From the NCBI RefSeq assembly GCF_947568905.1, contig NC_079169.1:66712001-66776000 (forward strand): a stretch of DNA of 64,000 bases, written 5' to 3'. The first letter of the stretch is position 1. Each line of letters starts with the position of its first letter. Shown here in pieces: positions 47,601-59,300 of this stretch. Below the pieces are notes generated by a model. It saw nothing but the letters and a program-made list of their open reading frames with translations, was not told the origin of the DNA and did not search any database. The stretch comes from Ostrea edulis. Taxonomy: Eukaryota. Both the position numbers and the translations under genes were made by a program.

Positions 47601-50092
47601 GGTATTCTGTTGACATTTGATATCAGAGATCAAGGACTAGGTTATTTTTTTTTTCTTGCAGAAGCAATGACACTATAATGTATGGTCTGTGTTTCAGTTA
47701 CATGATTATCATTGCTAATAAGTCAATTAATAAATAAAAAAAGATTGAATGTAATGGTAACCCTGCCTCATCTCTCTGCAACTTTCTGAATTTGATTAAG
47801 AACAATTTATATGAAATGATTCATGCTGAGAAGTTTTTATATTGACAGCCAAGACTATTTAGAATTATCTCCCTTTCAAACACAGTGTTAACAACTTATG
47901 TAGGAGTACAGGATATTTATGACATCTTCTAGAAATATTCACAAGTCAGTATGTTTTACTTCTTCATGTGGAAGTCAGTTCATGTATTTAATGGATCAAG
48001 TTACTTAGTCTCAAAGAATGCCAGAATTTTCCAAATTAGCCCCCCCTCCCCCCCAATACCTTAATACCTTTTCAGTGGCGGATCTAGACCTTACTGTGGG
48101 GGTGGGTTGAAGTCCAAAGGGGGAGGGCAATGGGAGGGGGTTCACCGGGGGGGGAATGAATTTAAAAAAAAAAAGATTGATTCAAAATGGTGCATTTTAA
48201 TGCATTTTCGACTGAAATTCTGGTTCCTTCTTCCTCTCATTTAACAGACTCTGAACTAAAAAAATTTTGTCCAAACTATTTTTTTCTAATATAAGATCAA
48301 TGTTTGGAGTGATTTGATTTTATAGTCACCACATCCTTTATAGAATTTAAACAAAAAGAATAAACTGGAGTTATTGATTCAAAATAATTCATTTTAATGC
48401 ATTTCAGACTGAAATTCTGGTTCCTTCTTGCTTTGATGCATAGTTATCACTATGAAAAAAAAAGAAGAGCAGGGGTGTGTGTGTTCCAAACCCCACCCCC
48501 TACCCCCCACTGCCTTTGACCCATGCTACACATACATATATGAACCTTAATAAAATATTTATTCAAATTTTGTCACTTACTTGATGCTTATTGAATTCAT
48601 ACTTTTATTTTGATACACAGCTCTGTATATTTCTCCATTAAAATGCAAGTACAATTCATATCATATTTGTAAAATGACTGACTTTAAAACACCCATTCTA
48701 GTATGTATTTTAAGCAAACATTATAAAGAATTTTCAGAACTTGGTTTAAATGATAGGTTGTGCTATTGAATGGTTCCTACACCTAGAGCAGTGATTGTAT
48801 CATCAATAGAACTGTAGCACTTTAATAATCAATATCGGTATCCAGGTAGTTTTCTGTCCCTGTTTCAGAAAACCATACTCCATTACCCAACAAGTTGTGT
48901 ATCACAATCTGTAATTATTAATAGGAGTGTTTTGTTTCTCACCTTACTCTAATGAGTTATTAAATGACTAATTAATAAGTATTGACAAAGTTATTGAAAG
49001 TTATACATGATATTTAAAGTGTAGATTTCAGGCAGGTGTAAACTTGCCTCGAACTCTGCAGGTAAATAGTTCTTTACACCCACAGTGTGTAAACACCAGG
49101 GGTAACTACAGTAATGTGCCTGGTGTCGTATAGTACTGAAGGAATACTGATGCAGTACTAAGGACTTATATCTACAAAGTACCACTTTTTAACTAGTGCA
49201 TTGATTTTCCATTATTATTGTCTGGGTGACACAGTTGTTGGGATTTTGTAAATGTGTGTTCAACAGTTTTACTGAACGCCTGACAAACTGGTATGTATTA
49301 TGGGGGATTTTCCTCCTCTTTGATCAATTTTTATTGGATGTGATATTATTTAACATATTTCCAATGATGAATCACTACCCAACAGGGTTTTCTTCAAAAT
49401 GTATATTAATTCATGTGGTGTTATGAAAAACGAAAATACTTGTGAGAGCATGGATGTGAATTTTTAACTGGGTCATTTACGGTGCCTGTAAAAAAAAAGG
49501 ACAATAAAGTTTCCTGCTCATTGGATTTTAAAGTGATTTTTGAAGCTTACTCTGATCTACAGCCACATTTTAATACCCTAAAGACAAAGTAAAGATTTAA
49601 AATCTAAAAAGTAATTAATCCACTTTCTAATGATACAATTCTTTAAAAAGGCAAAAATAAGAATCCATTGGCTGTTGTTTACAACTTAGACTAAGCAGCT
49701 TTGAATACTCTCATCAGTATTTGGTCAATGAAATGAGCACGGTCTAACATCTTGATGTTCAGAATGGTTTTCTGTTATTTATAGGCATCCAAACATCATT
49801 GAAATGTTCTTATCAGAAATCATTTCCTCTAACATAAATTGATTTTACTGGAAGTTGTATTCAAGTTTGACTGGGACACAATAATTTTTTTCCCTTTAAT
49901 ATGTGTGTGATGTTTGATTTTCTGCACCTTTTCACACTTTGAACGCCGCAGGTGCGTGAAGATTCACTTGTGCACCGCTTGGTGGAGCTACGGCGACTAG
50001 AACGCCACCACATGGATGGGATCCTGGGTAATATGGTCATCAATGCCTTGCACTTTCATTTTTTGAGGGCACGATTGCCAGGTTTTGTTTAG
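40443..50092 (+). CDS. Partly resolved uncharacterised gene
   Basis: Exon 1 40443-40494 (good Kozak, MALKLDVNNGPFTLTHD, donor GTAAGT). Candidate downstream exons: 45778-(45829 or stop at 45881), then three phase-0 open exons 46188-46331, 49032-49061 and 49952-50092 (VREDSLVHRLVELRRLERHH...*). The phase link from exon 1 to the 3' exons was not found. Confidence 0.4.
41637..41698 (+). repeat. (AG)n microsatellite
   Basis: Near-perfect dinucleotide run of about 31 units. Confidence 0.95.
44532..44793 (+). repeat. 23-bp G-rich minisatellite (~11 copies)
   Basis: Unit GGGGTGGGGAGAGTGTTTAGT(A/G)T; paired G4 runs in each unit give G-quadruplex potential. Confidence 0.93.
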
Positions 50093-50399
50093 TTGAAGCT
50101 TATCATCTGTAGCTTTCTAAAAGAGAAAATAAAGCTTTCGCATCACTACATTAGCAAATAAAATTCATTTTTGGAAGGGGGAGGGGGTGTAGGGATGCAT
50201 GCTGAATTAGAATGTTGAAATTACGCATTCATATCATAATGAAGTGCACATTTAATGATTTGTACATAAAAATAAAAGTCAACATTTTCATATGCATGTT
50301 TTTGGGGTTTTTTTTGGTTTTTTTTTTTACTTTACAGTTCTTTGTCATAGTTAACAGCACGTAGTCTACAGTACATGTATTAACACAGCATTGCAGTGG

Positions 50400-50434
<35 letters not shown>

Positions 50435-51944
50435 CTCAGCCTTTTGTTCTGATTTATAGATAAATAACGCTATATTGTTTCAATTTCCATCCAATGTATC
50501 CTGTGTTTGCCGGTAGATGCCGTGGTAAAATCAAATTCATTAAATATTTAATTTAAATGTAACACCGACGTGGCTACCCCATTTTAAAACGATCTCTATT
50601 TAGACTAGTTATATGGTGACAACTCGAAGCTGTCGTCTAGACTTCAACCGTCCATATATTTACTTTAACCTTAGCTAGCAAAGAGATAATAGTTGTTGAC
50701 CATCCAATTCAATACTTTATCAGGAATTTTTTATTTCCAATAATATGTCCTCGTGGGGGAGAACTATTAAAACTATCCAGAACGCGATAGGGCGACTTTT
50801 CTTGGCCACTGCACGTTCAGTCTTCTCTTTAGAGAAGGCTATGCCTTTCGACTTCTCTAAAGAGAATACACGTTCAGGAGAGAAAAAATCTCCCGAAGTA
50901 CTTCTAATCGATTTGCAAATCGAATCCAGATTAGAACATTTTACACCTTTGATAAGATTGTTACACTTGTATCAAGATCTCAGTGTATAACGTTTCAAGG
51001 ATTTTACGTCTTAATTTTGTGTCAAAGCACAAAACCTGTTTGATATCTACTGTTGTAAAATATACCTGTATGGAAAGTGTAAGGACTCTCAATACGGCAT
51101 AAGGAGATTCCATTCGTTCTGTTGTTCGTTCTATATTCGTACATTGCAAATATAATCATAAAAGGTTGGGTTTGTTTTAAAAAGTTCATAGAAGTTGTGA
51201 CTGTCTCGTCCAGTCACCCAAGGTCTCGTGGTAGTTGTAATAATGCTGAATGGAAGGTTTACAAATAGACTTCGATTATTATACTCAAATATCCTATTTA
51301 TGGAAAATATACAATTTTATTAAATTCGTGAGCTACAAGTTCCTTTAAAGGACCGATATAATTAAACTATTTATAGTGTATCATGCATATAGATATGTGT
51401 TGTGAAAGTTTTAATTTATTGTAATGTTTTGTCATTTTGTTTGATAAATGCACGACTTATGACCCCCCTCCCCCCCCCCCCCCCCCCTGTTTATTAATAG
51501 ATACTACAGATCCAATCAACTGACGTTGCATAAGATTGAATATGGAATTTGCAACAGAATATCTTTTGAATGTCGACAGCTTCTTATCGTCGGCCATCGA
51601 CATTGCATGCATGGTGCTACTACGGCACATTTAACTAGATTGTAAGCCGATTGTTCGTATTCATTTAGATGTACATGCAATACAAGTTGGAAAAAAAAAA
51701 CATAATGAAAAGAACTTTGATATAGACGGTTTTCTATTTTTAAACCTCTTCTTATCCATCTGTATATCCTCTTTGAAAATTTACAGACACCGAGCCACAT
51801 ACCCCCCCCCCCCCCCCCTCTCTCTCAGTATTTTCGTCAACATTATTAGTGTTGATGCATGTTTAGTTAATTTAAACACATACATGCATGTGCGTACATG
51901 TTTGTGTGTAACTTCTGACCATGTCTGAGCTCAGGACATGTGTG

Positions 51945-52085
51945 ACCGATCGACAAGCGATGCTTCCTCCTCCTAGGCACCTGATCCCACCTCTGGTGTG
52001 TCCAGGGGTCCATGTTTGTCTTTTTCTATACTTTGTATTATTTATAATATTCATGAGATTGATCACTGTTCGATATCCCCACTTT
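51945..52085 (+). mobile_element. Dispersed retroelement-like repeat fragment (possibly Penelope-like 3' end)
   Basis: GTGTGACCGATCGACAAGCGATGCTTCCTCCTCCTAGGCACCTGATCCCACCTCTGG... is recalled as a high-copy oyster repeat. Family assignment uncertain. Confidence 0.4.
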
Positions 52086-53346
52086 TTTTATGTTTGATAT
52101 TTTCCTGTCTTTATAATCAATTACAATTCTATAGTCAGTTTACACGCTCACTGTGCATTTAAGAAGTCTGCTGCTGCATGCCCACTAGGGTGACTAAATT
52201 TGACTTTTGAAATTCTAGTTTAGAGTAACTACAGAGATGAAATATTGATGACGAAGAGAGAAAATGTCTTATTTCCAATATCAAGTTTGTTGGGGGGGGG
52301 GGGGGGGGGGGGGGATACGTATATGCATGGTCCAATGGTCAGGTGCTTGTGCCAAAGACGCCTTCATGCGGATCTTTATTTTAAGGACATAAGATACCCA
52401 TTTACCCATTACATGCATTATGAAGAAGGATTTTACTATGTTTGATCTTAATAACAATGTAAATCAGTCATCAATACATAAAATGCACGAAGAAAAAGGC
52501 ATTTTTGAAGGATTTCTATTTTTGGGGCTGTTTATTTTTCATTGAATTTTCAAGTAAAGAACGCAAATAAAAAGACGATTTCGGGAAAAGTTTGTGGTAG
52601 AAATGTTTTTTTTTTTTAGCAATATCAAAACATTTACAAATGGTTTTATAAATTATATACCAATATTTTGGGTATCCTTTGTCCTTAATCACCATTTCCC
52701 ACATTCGTTCTATTACTAGCACACTCTAAGTACAATGTACATACCTGTTAATACTAAGAATCAAGTAAAATAGTCACATGTACATTAAATTCAATTAAGA
52801 ACCCAGCAATAAAACTTAAGGTAGCAATTTTTTTTTCTATTTCCGGTTGTTGAAGTACATGCATCTGTACCTGCAACATTAGTACAGTTGCAACTATCGA
52901 GGAAGGATAAACCTGTGTTTGGACATACTATTCGTGTCATCCCACTAATCAACTTGACAGGTCATAAAAAGTACAAAAACATTTCTGATTGAGCGAATAT
53001 CTGTGGAAATGAATTATGAATGAGAAAAACCCATTTTCTTATCTTTTAAAGCCACTTCATTTCACCTTTGAAATAAAAAACTTAATTGCTTGTATAAAAA
53101 AAAAAGATTGCAGATGACATCATATAAATGCAAAAGCTCTTGTTTTAAATTAAGCAATATTTTATTCATACAAAGGACAGGGGTAGACGACACCTCCAAG
53201 CCTATTTAAGCCCCCTTTTAATTAACTTTTATTAACTGTCTGGCTTTGAAATCTGCTAGATATACACCGTTTATTGTACACATCGGCAGAGGTCTGATGG
53301 AGACTTAGTGGAGGTTTGCGCAGTGTGATGGTTAGGTGATTCTGAT

Positions 53347-56300
53347 ATGGTTGAATATGTTTCTTTGAAAAGAGCGTATGCAAAATTTATCCCAAAAAAA
53401 GACAAATATCAAGATGAACGTAAACAAAAAGTCTAAAAACCTAATACTAGGAACTAATATCTATTCTTAAACTTATACAATTTATATTTTCACGCTTGTT
53501 TCAACCTTTTCAGCGAGACCACGTGATCTGAAAACCTCGAACAACACCTCTACGGACAACCCGTTGTATCAGGACTTTCGGTTCAAAGGTTATCCATCAG
53601 AGGGTTTCAACAATCCTCACAACCCACAATACAAGAGGAATTCAGCTGCTGATATGAATGGGTCCGATGTGAACAGATATTTTGGGAAAACACAGCATTT
53701 TGATTCAGGTATGATTTTCACACGAACACACATAAATGATATATATGACTCTTGAAATAGATTGGTAAAGGTCACCAAATTTGGCAATACGAGTTACACT
53801 TGGTTATAAGTGGTTTTTGATGTTCTTTATTGCTTTTTCACGGTAAAATAGATTACAATGGTGAGTAATATATAAAAGTTTATTTTTTTCCCTTTAATCA
53901 GTTAGATTAACAATGCGTCGTAATTAACATGCTTATGCTTTACATATTACAGGCTTTACATAACGTCGCAGTGTCCGAGACATTATATGATTCATAGATG
54001 TGTCTTAACTCTAGTTATTTTAGCTTGAATACAAATATACCTAAATAATATTTATTCTGAAGAGAAAGCTTTCACAGGAATCAGAACCTTGCAAGAACAT
54101 TTACTTTAATACTTTATTAACTTGAATATATCAAATAATAAGTGTCAATTGTCCGACTGCATGGTAAAACAGAAGCGAAGTGTTTCTGAAATAATTCCGA
54201 TACGTTTTCAACAGGATCAAGCTTAATCCGCGCCAAAACTGACCGACCATCGGCAAGACCACGTGCAACCCCACCTCCGAGGTCAAACTCGCAACTGAAC
54301 AATGGTACTTTATCGTTACCATAGTCACGAGAACATTACGTTATGAGTGTAATAACCCCGGCTATGACTCTTCTCTTTATATTTTATACATTATGTACAA
54401 AGTCTGTCACTTCCCGTTGGAAGTGATCATGAAGTCATGCATTGAAAGTTGAATGCAGATATTCAAGTGTTCTGTTCCTTTGAAGATCATTGAATCAATC
54501 AGTTTTAAAATTTCATTTAGAGGACTTGCAGTCTTGAGAACTGATTTTTACGAGTACCAAATTGATTAAAGAGAAGAGTCCACCATCACGTACTTATCCG
54601 AAGTGAAAGCAGTCCCTAACGTGCCTGGCTACGCACTATTGCATTGAGAGCGTTTTTGATCTGTTGTACTTGACTACTGTTTTATAACTTTAAGTTTACC
54701 GTTTAGCACGACGATACTCGACTTGTAGCAATTTTGGTAAATGTTAACTTCATATAGCTCTCAAGTTGTAGTGAAACTAAGGAAAATTCAAGTGAACACA
54801 CGCTTACTCTTTCAGCAAGAAAGACAGAGCTGGTTGCACCGAAACCACAGGCATCTGAAATTGTCACTTACCACCCTGGTGATGGTAATAGAAGCTAGTT
54901 TCTTGCATGTACTAATTTGCATAAAATGAAATTGTTTTGTTTGTTAATTTGTTTGCTCTATGATATCTAGTCACTTTTTCAGCAAATAGTTTTTCCTTTT
55001 TATGCAAAACATTTTCCATAAAATAATCGCTTGGAAACTTTCTCTTTGATTTTGATATCTTGTAGAATGCTTGGAAAACTATTGATTTATTCATTTGATA
55101 TGAAAAGGAGGCAAAAGTGACTCGTTCAATACAACCTTCCTTATAATGTAAACCCTATCATCAGGGGAAAGCAATCGTGTGTGTGTCGTTGAAATTCCTT
55201 ATTTTCAGTTTTCAATCTGCAATACAATAGCTTCTTGCAATTTTCATAACCCCTTTGTTGTCATACTGGAGAGTGAATTAATGATGAATTTTGGAATCTA
55301 TTAATTATGCACACTTGATATATAGCACTCGTCTTTCAAGTATCTGACTACTGCGTTGAAGTGTGGTGACACGGATTTTCTAGACTACTAAATTTTCTAA
55401 AAAAAAAAAAAAAAAATAAAAAAAAAAAAAAAAAAAGTGTACTGTTCTTTTTTTCTCATCAGTCATTAATGTTGAAAGAATTGATGCGTGTGTAAAGGTT
55501 TGAAGATTGTGGAATAAGTAAGTCATGTTTTAATACGAACAACAGCATATTCAACTTAGTAGGAATAAGTAATAATTGTGACTTTCTTCGGTTTTATAGC
55601 AAGACCAAAGTTAGACGAGGGTCACAGGAGTATTCAGTACGGGTCAGGGGACCCCCGAATCGACGAATCGCAACAGGTGCGCCCAAGCCCAATGAAGGGC
55701 TTCGATAACAGAAAGTAAGTTTCAGAAAAAAGAATAATCAAAATACTTTTGACTGACCTAATATAAATCATTGCGCATTGTGATGTTTAGCCATTGTGAC
55801 GTCATAATGATGTGGATACATTAATATAAATTGTGACGTTATAAAACACAGCGCATTGTGATGTTTAGTCATTGTGACGTCATAATAATGTGGATACATT
55901 TTTGAGAGTAGAAATAATATACGAATGATATAGACCTCTACTATATATGAGAAATAATAATTAATCATTACGTATTCATTGTTAGATATTGAGAAAATTG
56001 CAATAACTTTATCTGCTCTTCTTCTGATATAGTGAAAGCGAACGGGATAGATTACGACGAGAAATGATCGAAACTGAACAGGATCGGCAGCGTCTCCGAT
56101 ACCAGGATGAAATGAGAATGCGGGACAGAGTGGAGGAGAGGAAACGGGTAAGTCAAACTGTCGTCTGCCATCAACACATAGAAACATAGCTAAACTGTCG
56201 TCTGCAATCAACGCATAGAAATAAAGCTAAAACTATCGTCTGCCAGCAGCACATAGAAATAAAACTAGAATTACAAATCAAAGTAAAGTGATGTTGATTT

Positions 56301-59300
56301 TTAAAAAGAAAAGATATTAGATTCTAAATAATTTACGTTAGTTAAGGCTGAATTGTTGACTGATTTTAACAGCACGAGGAACTTATGGAGCAGAAGAGAC
56401 AGGTTATTATAATACATATCTCACACTGTCTCTATCATATCTGCTGTTTGGGGTCTTCTGCTACCTTCCGTAGTTTTCCTTCATCGTTATATGTAGGCAT
56501 TGAGTGTTTGATGATATATTCATATACTAGTAATTAAATCAGAAAACTTTCTTAAATTTTGGTTGATCTGGCCTCTATCTGTAGGGCAATGTCTGCCTAG
56601 TCGTATTCTACAAGAATCTACTTCTGACCTTTTTTCTGTGAATCTACATGTTGTATCACAGTGTTGTAACTTTCTATTGTAGCAGATAGACTAAGTGTCT
56701 TTCTTACATGGGTAGACATTTTGTCATATTTTGAAATTTTCATCAATATTACATAAAATTCAACTTCATCGACGCCTCAGTAGTGTTCTCATTGGCATCA
56801 ACGTTCTTCCCCGCAGTTGTGATTAATTCTGTAATGTTTTAGAATGAAATTTTTATTAAATCTACTTAATTTAAACCTTAATGAAAGCATGCCGTAACCA
56901 ACAAAATCGTGGCTGTTAAGCTTTTTGCATGAGCCATGCCGTTTTAATACAAATTAGAACATTTTCTCTAATTTCATTTAATTAATGCTTGTGCGACCTA
57001 ACGTGCTCTTAATAATTATAAATTTTAGGATATGGAAATGTTAAAAAATTACAATCCTTGGGGTCGACCAGGGGGCGGAGCACCTATGGTAAGTCAACCG
57101 AAAGTGATGTGTAGGTCTAGTGTAGCAATGATAGTAATCGCAGGCACTGATTCTGTTCTATTGAAAGTGTTGTACATGTATAGAAATAAAGTTGTAGTCA
57201 GTTATCAATATTTACATGTATCGAGTTGACGTTCAGTTAATATTTACATTTCCAATGTCTTAGCAATTTCCTCCTAAATGTGAACAAAGTGCGTATGAAT
57301 CTTGATAAATATAGTAAGTACTGCTATTTTTAACGGCTGGGAAATTCGAACGAAATAAAAGTAAAATGTAAATATAAAAAAATAATTTCATTTTTGAAAA
57401 CACATGAGGGTATGAACAGCACCGCTTTACATCAGCATTCTTTTCACGAAGCGTGTAAAACGTAAGTTGTATTTTTGTTGTTTACTTAATTAGCAACCTG
57501 AGTAATGCGTTTTATGAAACATGCGAGAAATTAAAGGGACATGTAAATATGATTTTACAAGCTACTATTATTAGAACTGAGAAAAGGAGTACATTTTACG
57601 CACATCAGGATCCTTTAGAGCAATTCGGTTCTGGAAAAGAGAAAAACAATGGGAACTCGTTGCGCTTACAATGGCCCTGTAAACTTTCAGTTCAAAGAAA
57701 TGTGCTGTTGTGTCTTTAATTTATAAATAAATAAATATGATGTACGTATTTGAAATATTAAGCAATTCTTCATCGGAGTTTATTTATGAAAGGACAAATG
57801 AAAAAAACTTTCATTTAGTGGTATGAAACATGCGAGTACGATATAAAATAACCGATGTGCTAATTAAACAAAATCAGTTTTGATCGTAGGTTTCGTGCCT
57901 CTTTGGATAAATTGTTGAAAAATCTAATAATTTGCCAATAATAACGTACTTTGTAACGCAGTGATTTAGATACCGCTGCGTAAATGTCGTCATAGATCAC
58001 CTATAACGATGGTCCCATTCATTATCTTTATGCTGATAAATGAAATTAATTTGAAAATGTAGATAATTCAAATGATTTATTTCAAATCACAAAACCAGAT
58101 AAGTTTGAGTATTGATTGGGGTGGTGGGGGTAGTGGTGGTATTTCATTTTCAAAAACAAATCAGTGCCTGTCATATTGAAGCAATGCTCAGTAGAATTTT
58201 TAAATATCATTACAAGTGCAATTGTATATAAGATTATATCAAAATTATTTTTGAACTTCCAATAGTGAATGCATATTTTTCAATAGTAAAACTTTCACAT
58301 TTGGTTAGCTTATTTGTCTCTATCACAGAATATAATCTGCACGCAATATTAACATATTGTCCGAGCTGATATCACCCAGCTTCATCCAGCCTTTATTCCT
58401 GAAAATAAAATAAAAAAACCTGTAACGATGTAATTAAACATTCAAATGTGGTAAAGCGTGTTCTGTGCGTGTACCATCACTCTGTGCACACAATTGCAGG
58501 CCGACTCCAGAAAGCAGAAATTTACTGAACACCAACTCGAACTTCCGGAGGACAAGGTTTATAAGGATAACTGGGTAAGCATCTGTACCTTCTGTGACTA
58601 TACCAAACAGGGGGCACCAATGGGGGTTATTGTGGTAAGCATCGATACCACTGATTATACCAAACAGGGGGCACCAATGGGGGTTATTGTGGTAAGCATC
58701 GGTACCACTGATTATACCAAACAGGGGGTACCAATGGGGGTTATTATGGTAAGCATCGACACCACATATTATATGAAGTACGGGGTACCATTGGGACTAT
58801 TGTGGTTGGATTATATGTACCACCTCTGACTATACCAAATATGGGACACCATTAGGGTTATTGTGGTAAACGTTGATCCATATAGAATTTAAAAAATATA
58901 TGAAATGTTACATATTTTGCTCTAAATCACTTGAGATCAGGGAGTTTGAAATTAATGATAACAATCTAGTTTCTTATGAATCCTTAACACGCAGAGAAAA
59001 AAAAAATAGTGTGTGAAAGGTACGAGTGTACAACAGACGATTCTGATCAAGAAAGGTACATCTAGAAACAACAACGACATTACAAACATTTGAACGGTTT
59101 CTACAGAAACTCGCTCAGAGACACTGCTCCACTTTTTAACTTTTTGGCCTTACATCTTTTACTCTCTGAACAGGAGCCTGCCTACCCTGAGTTAGAAAGG
59201 ATTGATTTTAGGAAAGAAATAGCTCAGGTATCAGTGTTTAAATCGGACGTTAAAACCCGGTGACAGGATAATAATAATGTATTTCTATGTAGACTAACAA

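Noticed and set aside
50745-50990. 81-aa plus-strand ORF
   Set aside because: No motif, signal peptide or splice support, and it spans the small palindrome.
52672-52681. U12-type donor consensus GTATCCTTTG
   Set aside because: No adjacent exon and no suitably placed TCCTTAAC branch site or acceptor. All reconstructed introns are U2-type GT-AG.
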